Of a stretch of DNA of 64,000 nucleotides, positions 35,410 through 46,687 are shown piece after piece. Made by a program: the position numbers and the translations under genes. The DNA is from Obrimoposthia wandeli (taxonomy: Eukaryota): contig CDROCS010003796.1 of the NCBI GenBank assembly GCA_977020255.1, positions 186,001-250,000 on the forward strand, read 5' to 3'. Under the pieces are notes generated by a model. It was not told the DNA's origin and ran no database searches. It saw nothing but the letters and a program-made list of their open reading frames with translations. The stretch's first letter is position 1, and each line of letters starts with the position of its first letter.

Positions 35410-35775
35410 ATGAAATTTGAAAAGCTATATCAACATATGCATACATATTATGGATATGAGATACACTTTTTGAAGAAAACTCATAACTATATATTTATTT
35501 TTCCCGTCAACATCGAGCCGCTTAAATTTGATTTTGAAATATCAAATTTGACTTCTGTGGATAAAGAAAGAATCAGTATTCTCTTGACTCAATTCGGAAT
35601 CAACTATGCGCTTCAGGAAAACAAATTCGTAATCAAAGGATCAACTGTCACTTTCAAGCATGAGAATGGAACAATATACGAAGGACCTCCTCATAAATTA
35701 GAATGGGTTCTCTCAATCAGAATTCAGGATGCAAGTTCGGGCCCAGTGGATTGGAAACTCCGATATGGAAAATAA
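35410..35775 (+). CDS. Polinton orphan ORF, 121 aa
   Basis: Intact ORF in AT-rich context; no motif recognised. Confidence 0.65.
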   Translation: MKFEKLYQHMHTYYGYEIHFLKKTHNYIFIFPVNIEPLKFDFEISNLTSVDKERISILLTQFGINYALQENKFVIKGSTVTFKHENGTIYEGPPHKLEWVLSIRIQDASSGPVDWKLRYGK

Positions 35776-35874
35776 TTGATGCTGTTAGAGTTGACTAATA
35801 AATGTTTGTGTCTTTATTTGTATTATTTTATTTTATATATAAACAATAGTGATACTTTAATAATAATATTTATT

Positions 35875-36234
35875 ATGAAAATGACTAAAAAACCTACTAA
35901 ATCATTAAAGTCGAAAAAGACTAAGGTTAAAAAGACTATGAGAAAAAAGAAAATCATTGAGGGTTTGGGTATTCATATGATGGAAGGTAATCTTTTAGGT
36001 AGATGGTTTGGTGGAGTTGATAAAAATGCTATAAAGCACAAAAATAATTTGGATTATATTAGAGGTATACAAAATGGGAATGGATTGCAAAAAGGAAATG
36101 GTATACAAAAAGGGGATGGTATGCTTGATATTTTTGTAAAATTAGATAAAGTTGTAAAAGCATTTGAAAAAGATCCTAGTGCCTATCTTGGTAAAAAACT
36201 AAACTTTTTAGCAAAACCTCCAAAGAGTTTGTAA
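35875..36234 (+). CDS. Lys-rich protein with repeated QxGxG motifs (core-protein-like), 119 aa
   Basis: TATA at ~35836; KKTKVKK N-terminus; QNGNG-LQKGNG-IQKGDG; homolog at 5207-5523. Confidence 0.75.
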   Translation: MKMTKKPTKSLKSKKTKVKKTMRKKKIIEGLGIHMMEGNLLGRWFGGVDKNAIKHKNNLDYIRGIQNGNGLQKGNGIQKGDGMLDIFVKLDKVVKAFEKDPSAYLGKKLNFLAKPPKSL

Positions 36235-36829
36235 TTACATAAAGTTGCAATATAGATGCAGTTGTTGGGGTTTCTATACGAGACTTGTATAGATCCTCTT
36301 GTGTGCGGAGGGCCCTAACGTGAGTTCTAATAGAAGCAGGTCTTAAAGTTGGTCGTGGCCTACTTAGTGCTATGGTTGCCTGTCTCAATACTTATCTGAA
36401 GGTGTTTGTTTTTGATGTTTCTTAATCTGAAGGGTTTAAAACAATGCTTTCTAATGTAGGAAATCGTTTATTGTTAACACACTAGATTAAACACAACAAT
36501 ACGTTTACGTACGTATTCTCTAAAAAGTTACAGTAAAAATTCCTAAGACTTCTGTAAGTCTCTACACAAGTGGGGATGAACCACGTATCGATTTTATGTT
36601 AAGGTTGGTTAAGTTCTTAGAGTCTTTCTTCTAAATCGTGGATAAGCTCAAGTTATAGATTTTATGGAGCTGGTTGCTCTAAAAGTATGGGTTGATTTTA
36701 GATAGGGTAACCCCTCTAAAATGTGAATATACTTTCTTGTCGAATTATCGGCGTAATCCAACTTCACAGCTAATCAAACTTATAATATACTTTAATGCAG
36801 CTTTTAGTGATTCAGTAATTCAAAAACTT

Positions 36830-38275
36830 TTAATGTTTACTGATTCGAAAACTTTCAATGTTCAATTACTCAAAAACTTTTACTGTTTACTAATTCAACA
36901 ACTTTCAATGTTCAATTACAAACTTTCAATGTTCAATAACTCAAAAACTTTTACTGTTTACTAATTCAAAAACTTTCAATGTTCAATAACTCAAAAACTT
37001 TTACTGTTTACTAATTCAAAAACTTTCAATGTTCAATAACTCAAAAACTTTTACTGTTTACTAATTCAACAACTTTCAATGTTCAATTACTCAAAAACTT
37101 TTACTGTTTACTAATTCGAAAACTTTCAATGTTCAATTACTCAAAAACTTTTACTGTTTACTAATTCAACAACTTTCAATGTTCAATTACAAACTTTCAA
37201 TGTTCAATAACTCAAAAACTTTTACTGTTTACTAATTCAAAAACTTTCAATGTTCAATAACTCAAAAACTTTTACTGTTTACTAATTCAACAACTTTCAA
37301 TGTTCAATTACTCAAAAACTTTTACAGTTTACTAATTCAAAAACTTTCAATGTTCAATTACTCAAAAACTTTTACTGTTTACTAATTCAAAAAACTTTCA
37401 ATGTTCAATAACTCAAAAACTTTTACTGTTTACGAATTCAACACCTTTCAATGTTCAATTAGTCAAAAACTTTTACAGTTTACTAATTCAAAAACTTTCA
37501 ATGTTCAATTACTCAAAAACTTTTACTGTTTACTAATTCAACAACTTTCAATGTTCAATTACTCAAAACTTTTACTGTTAACTAATTCAAAAACTTTCAA
37601 TGTTCAATTACTCAAAAACTTTTACTGTTTACTAATTCAAAAAACTTTCAATGTTCAATAACTCAAAAACTTTTACTGTTTACGAATTCAACAACTTTCA
37701 ATGTTCAATTACTCAAAAACTTTTACAGTTTACTAATTCAAAAACTTTCAATGTTCAATTACTCAAAAACTTTTACTGTTTACTAATTCAAAAAACTTTC
37801 AATGTTCAATAACTCAAAAACTTTTACTGTTTACTAATTCAACAACTTTCAATGTTCAATTACTCAAAAACCTTTACTGTTTACTAATTCAAAAACTTTC
37901 AATGTTCAATTACTCAAAAACTTGTATTGTTTACTAATTCAACAACTTTCAATGTTCAATTACTCAAAACTTTTACTGTTAACTAATTCAAAAACTTTCA
38001 ATGTTCAATTACTCAAAAACTTGTATTGTTTACTAATTCAACAATTTTCAATGTTCAATTACTTAAAAACTTTTACTGTTTACTAATTCAAAACTTTCAA
38101 TGTTCAATAACTCAAAAACTTTTACTGTTTACTAATTCAACAACTTTCAATGTTCAATTACTCAAAAACTTTTACTGTTTACTAATTCAAAAACTTTCAA
38201 TGTTCAATTACTCAAAAGCTTTTACTGTTTACTAATTCAACAACTTTCAATGTTCAATAACTCAAAAACTTTTAC
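36830..38275. repeat. ~50-bp AT-rich tandem array, ~28 copies
   Basis: Unit ACTCAAAAACTTTTACTGTTTACTAATTCAAAAACTTTCAATGTTCAATT. Confidence 0.96.
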
Positions 38276-38315
38276 CTAACTTCGTCACGTCTCACCTATT
38301 TAATTTGATGGGATT

Positions 38316-38543
38316 TTCTGTGAGCGATCACGGGTAGTCAGTAGAATAGCTGAATCCTGTTCTGTGAGCGATCACGGGTAGTCAGTAGAATAGCTGAATC
38401 CTGTTCTGTGAGCGATCACGGGTAGTCAGTAGAATAGCTGAATCCTGTTCTGTGAGCGATCACGGTTAGTCAGTAGAATAGCTGAATCCTGTTCTGTGAG
38501 CGATCACGGGTAGTCAGTAGAATAGCTGAATCCTGTTCTGTGA
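38316..38543. repeat. 44-bp near-perfect tandem repeat, 5 copies
   Basis: TTCTGTGAGCGATCACGGGTAGTCAGTAGAATAGCTGAATCCTG at a period of 44. Confidence 0.96.
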
Positions 38544-39379
38544 AACGATTTCTAGTGGACTATAGTAGATTAGCCTCAAATAAAACCACCTGCGTTGTTG
38601 CTCTGACGCGGTTGCTGCTCCTTTTTTCTTTAGTTTGGTTTTTTCCGTTTTTTGATTGCTAATTTAGTAGACTTATATAGTCTGCTTCCACCTGGCGAGA
38701 TAAGCCTTAATTCCACCTGGCGAGATAAGATTGAATTCTTCGGATCTGCTAGGTAAGTTAATTAATCGATCGCACCAAAATGTGCTTACCTTTTGCTGAC
38801 GTTGGCGACTTTGACGTTGGCTTTTTTCTTTCTTAGTTAATCTTTTTTCTTGCTTAGTTAATTGCTTGCACTTTTACTAGTAACCTTAACCTTTATATAC
38901 AACGCATTATACACGACCTTCGTGGTCCTCTTAATATTTATTCACTATTTAACAATTTATTTTTGATATAAAATTAAAATTTATTTAATTTTAACCTTGC
39001 TTCCAAGGATTTTCATTTTACTATAAAATCAATTTATTATTTAATTTTTTACAATTCCTAAACCTAATATACCTCGGGGTTCCAAAAAAGTTACGTCCCC
39101 GGAACGTATCGATTTTACTTTTGATTTTAGATTCATCCCTACTACTTCAAACATTCAATTCATCAAACAGGCCCAAAATATTTTTAAAACTCGGTTTTTT
39201 CTAAAATAGTGAATATTTGGACAGAGTCTCAAATATTCACTAATTTATTACGTAAAACTAAAAAAAATTACACATAAGGAAAGGATCAAGAGGGTGTATG
39301 GGTTGGTGTCATGCAATTGTCAAGGAAGAATGAAGGTTGAATTAATGTTAATTGTCTACGTCCGAGTTGTTTCTGTCAT

Positions 39380-39696
39380 TTAGGAACAGCGTGACCTGCT
39401 CCAGTGGCAGGTCCGGAAACGATGGGGTCTGGCCTTGGAACAGGGCCATCTGTTGATTGAGACTGAGGTGCGGATTGGGATGAAATAGCGCCCGTGCACC
39501 CCGCGATTCTGGATCCACGTTTGACGACCGCGTTGCCATGAGCGGCAGTCGCGGCTTGATCGCCACCTCTCCCAGAGGGAGAGTTTCGCGTCGCGACGGC
39601 GCGCGATGCACTCGGGGCATTGGCAATGTTCGCCACCAATGCAGCTGGGGATGCCGATGTTGTCCAAATTTTCTCCAGGCAGACTGAGCACTTCAT
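39380..39696 (-). pseudogene. RING-HC-like gene with a probable 1-nt deletion
   Basis: MKCSVCLEKI joined to LDNIGIPSCIGGEHCQCPECI gives a RING-like Cys/His pattern. Confidence 0.45.
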
Positions 39697-40046
39697 CTGC
39701 ACAAGATAATGACCTTTTCAACTTGGGGTTCGACTGTTTTCGTCGTTAGTTTACGAAGTTATAAATTTAGTTTCAAAACAAAACCTTAGTTTTTTAATCC
39801 TACCGAGTTTTGTTCCGATTTTAGGCTTGTTTACACATTCATACTAGGCATAAAAATTTGTCTTTTAGAATTTCAGTATAATAATTACAATTTCAATTAA
39901 ACAACATACATAAAAATGGTAATGGTCATTTTACAGTTTCACAAGATTATACAATTATGATTACAATTATGGTAGCTAATTTATCGCGGTATGCGATACA
40001 CAGGGTAGTTCATGATGTCACGTTCAAGTCAGAAAGTTACCTTCGG

Positions 40047-40327
40047 TTACTGCTGGGTGTTGGGCTGGCCTGTGCGTTGCTCCTCCACGCAGAACGAGCA
40101 CCAGCAATCGCAGATAGTTTTCCAGCAGTGTACTATGGGTACCACTGCTTGGAGGCTGTCCTGGTTGTACACGTAGTGCACTGAGAAGGTTGCTCTGCAC
40201 ATCGGGCAGGTTGGGTAGTCGAGGGGATTGTTGCTGTTGGCGATGGGAATCCACGTCTCGAGGCATTCGATGTGGAATAGGTGGTCGCAGTTGTTGGGTT
40301 TGGTGTAGAGGTCCAATATTTTTTGTC
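40047..40327 (-). pseudogene. RING-H2 E3 ligase fragment lacking the first CxxC
   Basis: CDHLFHIECLETW...CPMCR; preceded by an AG acceptor at 40328-40329. Confidence 0.75.
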
Positions 40328-40344
40328 CTAATAAAAAAATTTGA

Positions 40345-40404
40345 CCTACATTTTTGACTTGTCTTCAGGGGGGCTTTGTTCCAGAAGTGCCACATCTACC
40401 TACT
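40345..40404 (-). mobile_element. Polinton terminus (…CCAGAAGTGCCACATCTACCTACT)
   Basis: Reverse complement of the terminus at 4712 and 51479; no partner end or TSD found. Confidence 0.85.
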
Positions 40405-41244
40405 TTATACGGATGGGCTTTAAGTCAACCTTTACCCCATATGTAATTTAAATGGATGCATGATAATTTTGATTATATTTTGAATTTAGTTGGAAGTGAA
40501 AAGGATTAAAGTAAAACCGTATGGGGTTTTCTTGATGAAGTAGATTTACATCGAATCGTATACATAATAAAGTTGATGACTTTCCTATTGGGCCACATAA
40601 GATGTGTCCACCAAACTCAAAAACTCCTAAATTACTTTTAACACATAATTATAAAGAGCATTATGTAATACATTTCCGTTTACTACAATTCTATATTTAT
40701 CTTGGTGCTGAAATCTTAGAAATTCTTAGGGCTATTCGGTTTATTCAAGCACATGTTTTAAAACAATATGTAGATTTTAATTCAAACAAGCGGGAAACTA
40801 GTGTCAATAAGTTTGAATATGAGTTTTACAAATTAAAAAATAACTCCGTTTACGGTAAAACGGTTGAGAATCTTAAGATGCGATTTGATATCAGATTATG
40901 TAATAACGATAAACGGTTTTAAAAATTAGTTTCGAGTCCTTGGTTTAAATGTTGATTTAAATGTAGTTTTTATGCAGAAACAGGAAATATGTTTAGATCA
41001 GCCTTCATATATCGGTCAAGCTAAACTTGATCTATCTAAATTACGAATGTATCAATTACAATATATTGAGCTTGAACGGATTAGGCAAACTTTTAATTGC
41101 AGTATTCGAATTGTAGCTATGGACACAGATTCTTTTTTCCTTGAATGTGTGAATATTAATAAGAATAAATTACTCAAAGAAATGATTAAGAGTGGGTATT
41201 TAGATATGAGTAATTACCTAAAACACATCCCTTTGTTCCTTTGA
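40405..41244 (+). pseudogene. polB: Diverged pPolB fragment from a different Polinton family
   Basis: LYGWALSQ, FYKLKNNSVYGKTVENL, LDLSKLRMY and MDTDSFF. Confidence 0.9.
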
Positions 41245-41299
41245 ATTAGGACCGACACTTTATAATATTTGAATCTGCTAGGCGTGTAGAAGAACCATC

Positions 41300-43560
41300 T
41301 ATCGGGATAATACACCCGTAGATGTGTAAGAAACCACAGGCTAAGATAAAAGGTCAGAAAATGTTGCAAAGTGTGTTAAAAAGACAGTACATAATAAGTA
41401 CACTGGAATTAAAAGTCAAGTACAGATGAAGAAAAAGCTTAGCAGTAGGAACGTATGGGAGTGCAATCAATGCAAGGAAGAGGTAGTTTTGACTGCGAAA
41501 GAAGGCGGTGGAGGAAAGGGATCTTGTGTTTGCGAATGAGAGTACTGTAGAAAGCAAAGGTTTATGTATCTGCCAGTGCATCTTTGACCATTTCCTATTT
41601 ACGATTTCAGGTTCCGGAAGAACATCAAGTAGACATGACAAACATATAAGGGACTAAGCTCAGGGCGAAGATGGGGAGCAGTGGTGCGTGGGTACAACGC
41701 AGTTCAAAATGACAGTTGTCAGGAGGGTGTCCCGAAGTGTACGAGACGTAGAATGTTGGATTCACTAATAAGAAAGGGTTTACATACCACGTTTTGTCAG
41801 TGGTTTAGTTTATGATCGGAGCAAAGACGGGAGTCAAAATATAGACCGCATTGCATGCTTAATATTGCAAATGAATAGATTCCACCGATTGCCAGAGCGG
41901 AGAAGGCTGACGAAGAAAGGAGGATGGTTGAAATGCTCCATGGTGTAGAGATTGGCTTGTGCTGGGAAATTTCAATGAACATCACCACAGATGACACAGC
42001 ACAGACCAGGAGGCGAACCGCGGCAGATGGATGGAAGAATGGTTGGAGGTGAGGTTGAGTGATGGTAGCAACATTAGAGTCAAAAGAGGGACTGGGAGAA
42101 AACGACTTCAGGTGATTCTCTATGGCATGAAGCAGTGTAAATGACAAGGTGTGGAAGAACAGTGGTGAATTTGTGATCACCTGTCCATACTCGTAAACGC
42201 CATCATTAACAGAAACGCAGAAAACAAAAAATCAAGGTTCAAATGCCAGGGAAGATTCAGGGTGCCATGTTGATGGTCGCTGAGAAAGATGTCGGTTGCA
42301 GGTGGACAGAATCCAAAATAAAGCGGTCCTCAATGTGAAAGTTTAAAAGGAACTAAATGTTAGGAATAAAGCAGTGGCCGGAAAAATTGAAAGAAGTTAA
42401 GAGGCACCAGCTGGTGAAGGAAAGGTAGGTGAAGGTGTGGAAAAGCGAGATTAAGTAAAACAGCACACATTGCAAAATGTGGGGATTATTGAAGAGGCTG
42501 AAAGGAGGCATGAAGAGAGGCGACAAGATCCTGTCTCACCGTGGAAACAGCTATACGGATGACAAACGCAAGAGTTAGCAGGCTGGTGGTACTTAAAGAA
42601 ATGTATTTTAAGGACCGTGTTGTTGTTGATGAGAGATGCGAAGTGAATGCCTCGAAGGTCAGGGGTACATCGAATTAGATGAATGACATGAAGGCAGCTG
42701 GTCCAGATGTTTGTTAAGATTACGGTCGCTATGAAGATTCAGAAGTACCGAAGGTTTATTGGAACTACCATCGACAGATTCTATCATTTGGCGAGTTTGT
42801 TGATACAGTTGTTGAGAAGACGAAATGAAGGACGAATATTTCGGGCGGTGACTGATTGGGGATTCCATAGGAAGTTTTCCAGCTCGCCGTGGAAGAGGTG
42901 GCAAGCTCCCCGTCGAAGTGGTATGGAGGAAGCATGTCTCAATGTCAGAACTCATTTGCAACGGAGTAGAGAGGCTACTTTTGGGGCAGCCTGGTGGGTG
43001 GATGTTCCGTGGAAGGAGCTGTATGACATGATATGGGAGCCTGATGGAGCGATCGTCATCACAAACCGGGAGCTGACACATCAGAATGACCCGGTTCTGT
43101 ATGCAGATGGTCTGCAGACGGCAGACAAAAGATGAGGTGAGTGAACCTTGCGACTAGAGAGTTCTGCTCATCTCATCAAGTGCAGATAGTAGAGCACAGA
43201 GATGAATTGAAGATGTGAGGAAAGCGACGGACAGTAAGTCCGAGGTTCGGGTATAACACGAAAACTGCTTGATCAATGAAGTGTTTGGCTGACTGGGAGA
43301 GGTCAGCAGCGAAGGAGGCAACGCAAGGTCCGCAAAAGCCTCAGGAAGTGAAGTGTGGCTCTGGAGTGACAAAAGGACGTGCCTAGGACACCCAGAGAAA
43401 GAGGATCGATTTACGGAGGGAGAGGAAGCACAGAGGAGCTGCAGAACGTCTGATCAGGGGGTTTTGTAAGGGACACTCGCTGGAGCTGCTGGATTATCGC
43501 AGGCGGAAATAGCTCAAAGAAGATGGGCTGCAGTTTTGGTGCCGTCTGATTACGATCTGT
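41300..43560 (-). mobile_element. Degenerate non-LTR retrotransposon (APE endonuclease and start of RT)
   Basis: WNPQSV and SDH endonuclease-like motifs, PW, and KPLLSTVLS (RPISLLS-like); many stops. Confidence 0.45.
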
Positions 43561-43929
43561 ACATTTCCCCTCAATCATGATTCAAATTATATTTACCACC
43601 ATCTTTTAGAGGCCGAAATATTCGAAAACGGGCTGGACTGACAGAGAGTGTTTGAACTGTGCCCCTTAGAAGTTAAAGGCACCGAAAGATGCGATTCAAT
43701 TTCGATTTTCTGCCTCATTTTCTACCCCTTGTGGAAAATAATCTCAGACTCCGCTGCTCGTACTCATTTATGGCGCAATCGATGTACCTATCATCACATA
43801 ATCCACAATTCAGATTCCCACGCCCAAATTTTGCTGTTTCTTCTGCTGCTATCCATTTCAACAACTATCTCAAGCAGAATGCACAAATCATAACTATATT
43901 GAGGCAGCGGTAGGGTCGGAATAACTCAC

Positions 43930-44136
43930 GTCTTTGTAGAATACGTCCGAGTTATTCTCCACGTCGTAGACCATAAAACTCGATCCAGTTCCCACAAAAA
44001 CAAAGTCGCGGTCGCTGGCAATTCTCTTGAATCTGCCTGTCGTCAGCGACAAAACCGTCTGATTTATATTCAACAAATTGGGGCTATCGCGTGAATCTAC
44101 ACTCTTTGAAGCGTGCCACAAATTTGTTATGAGCAC
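43930..44136 (-). CDS. BBS2: BBS2 exon 2
   Basis: LNINQTVLSLTTG...VGTGSSFMVYDVENNSDVFYKD matches BBS2; AG and GTGAG sites. Confidence 0.95.
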
Positions 44137-44178
44137 CTAAAAAACTTTGTTTTAACAATTTATAAATGTATTTCTAAC

Positions 44179-44298
44179 TTTGCCTCCACTAACAGCAGCT
44201 GCTAGGAATGTTGCAGTAGAGCTAAAGTTGCCTGCTGCAACCATACCAGGTAAAATTTTCTGATTAAGATTAAATCTGTATTCAGATTCCAACTGCAT
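44179..44298 (-). CDS. BBS2: BBS2 exon 1, followed by a 42-nt intron
   Basis: MQLESEYRFNLNQKILPGMVAAGNF...LAAAVSGGK matches the BBS2 N-terminus. Confidence 0.92.
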
Positions 44299-46687
44299 TT
44301 TAAAAATGAAAATATAAAATATTATATTTAAATATTTGTTGAGGAGCAACGGTTAACATTAACATATTTAAACAAATCAAATTTATAGTCATACAACTTA
44401 AATATATTTGTAGTTCTTACAAATTTCGCTAGCAAACTATTAAAATATTCTTTTAATATTTAATTTTCAAATTTTCAAATTTTTCTATAATTTTCGTTTT
44501 TTTTACTTGCATCTATAAATATGCAACGATAATAAGACAGTAACAGTACTGAAATAACAAAAATATCTAATAATAAATAACTGGAAATGTATCATTAAAT
44601 TATTTTTGAGTTATGTTATTCATTTGAAGATAATTATTTTCTAATTTTGTATACAACTTACAGTGAATATCGCAAAATAACTATGAACATAGGACGCCGG
44701 AATACTATAAAATACCTGATATGCACAAGACATTAAATATTTTTTGTATTTACATTTTTCTTAAACTAATTTATTTTCAAATAAATTACAAAGATTGAGA
44801 ATTTACGAGTGAGACAATCGTTTTTCTATCAGTTATGTTAGTATAGTCATTGCAGATGTATCCATATACTGATTATATTTAAAATTTAAAATATTTCCCA
44901 ATGCTTAGAGTTATGTAATTGATAGGATTAGGAATTAAATTAGGATTATTGAATTTAATTTATTTATATAGGAAAAATAGAACCTTGGAAGCAAGGCTAA
45001 ATAAATAAAATATATTTTTTTAAATTAAAAATGAAATTAAAGTTGTTAAGATGGAAATAAGTTTAAGGACCTTGAAAGGTCATGTGTGGTGTGAGATATG
45101 TATAAAAGTTTAAATTATTAAAGGGCCCAAAAGTAAGAGTGATTAAAAAGTAAGAGTGATTAAAAGTAAGAGTGATTTAAAAGTAAGAGTAATTAGAAAG
45201 CAAGAGTGATTTACAAAAAAGCCAAGAAGTCCATTAGCGCCACTACAAGAAAAGAAAGTAATCAGAAGATGCTGAGAAAAAGCAGCCTATCCATTAGTGT
45301 CGGTCCAAGGCACTTACGAATAACTGAGACCAAGCAGCCGGTAGACAGCATCTCTGAAAATCCATTAGCAGCTAAGGTAAAATTAATATAAAAAGAAAAC
45401 TAATTCTTATTATTGGCAGAAGAGTTGCAGCCCAGAAGTTAAATTATCAAAAATTGAATAGTTCCAGAAAATTGATTTGTTTCCAAAAGTGATCAATTCG
45501 AGAAAGTTGGTAATTTAAAGAAGTAGTTATTTACAATTGATTGTTACAGAAAGTTACCGATTCCAGAAAGTTGGTAATTTAAAGAAGTAGTTATTTACAA
45601 TTGATTGTTAAAGAAAGTGATCAATTCCATAAGTTTGATTGTTCCAGAGCCGATTAACTCCAAGAGAAGTCATCACAGGTCGTAAAGAAAAAAGAAAACG
45701 CAAGGAAAGGAAACCTACCAGGAAATACTGACAGACGAGAATATACTACTAACTAGAGGAAGGTGATAAGAGTGAAAGTTTGATAAAATAAACATCCAAT
45801 GATTTTGATAAAGTAAAGATTACATTGATTTTCATAAAGTAAAGCCTTTCATTAATATTGATTAATAGTAATTTTGAGAAGTTGTATTTCAAGTAATCTT
45901 GAATTAAGTTAATTTTTGTTCATCCGGATTTTGGACTAGAACCTTAAAGTTAAAACAAAATTCCCTGAACTTAGAAACTTATCAAACTATTAGGTAAGAT
46001 TAAAATCGATACATTAAGAAATCCCCATTTGTGTGAAATTTAGTAAAGTTGATAGGACTAATTGTTACAATTTTAGGAACCTAGTTAGAGTGAGTGTAGA
46101 AAATAAAGATTTCCTACATTAGATAGTGTTGTCTTGAACGAACCATTGCAATCAGGTCAAAACCAACCCTCCATACATTACACTACAATAATGAAAATTT
46201 TCCAGTCACCATGTACACAACTCTTCAAACATCTCCACAACACAGATTGAAAACAGAATCTTCAGATAAGAAATTGAGACAGGTAAGAACATCTAAATAG
46301 GCCACGAACAACTGCAAGCCCTATTGCTATAGAACTCACGTTGGGGGCCTCCATATTAGGATCTATTTAAGAGTTTCAAATAGAAATCCCAACATTATCA
46401 GAAGCTGGAAACATCCTATCGAGAATATCTATCCATAAAATTGCTGTATACATGAATAAATCTTGTGTTTGTAGAATCTTACTTTTTTGAATTATGTATA
46501 CGATGGAAAACATGGCCTTCAGTTTAATTTAATCAATAAGTATATTTTTTTAAATCAAATGAAGTTTGCAGCTTATTCACTGATTTATAAATTTTTAAAA
46601 TATATTCAGAAATGTTCTATTACTTCTGAAAATATTTCGTAAAAAAAACATATTTTTTCTAGACTTTATATTAATTGATTTTATATT

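Larger units (their letters stand above)
17400..36260 (-). mobile_element. Decayed near-complete Polinton/Maverick (adintovirus-like) inside BBS2 intron 2
   Basis: Full core gene set (pPolB, PRO, MCP, mCP, INT, ATPase). A left TIR-like block is shared with other copies. The outermost left terminus, most of the right TIR and the TSD were not found. Confidence 0.95.

Noticed and set aside
24191-36388. Numerous ORFs antisense to Polinton and pogo genes (e.g. 24191, 25541, 30186, 34571, 36176)
   Set aside because: Shadow frames of recognisable genes on the other strand.
38316-38543. Possible CRISPR array or tRNA-like repeats
   Set aside because: Head-to-tail identical units without spacers; no convincing A/B boxes; eukaryotic context.
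36581-39141. hAT-like short TIR pair (TGGGGATGAA / TTCATCCCTA)
   Set aside because: Only ~10-12 bp of similarity and no target-site duplication.
17280-40410. One intact Polinton from ~17.3 kb to 40404 with TSD
   Set aside because: No matching left terminus and no TTATAC TSD; the TIR-like block is not mirrored before 40404.
38860-45140. Giant inverted-repeat element capturing BBS2 exons 1-2
   Set aside because: The arms are strongly diverged with no defined ends or TSD; two independent copies of a repeat are more likely.
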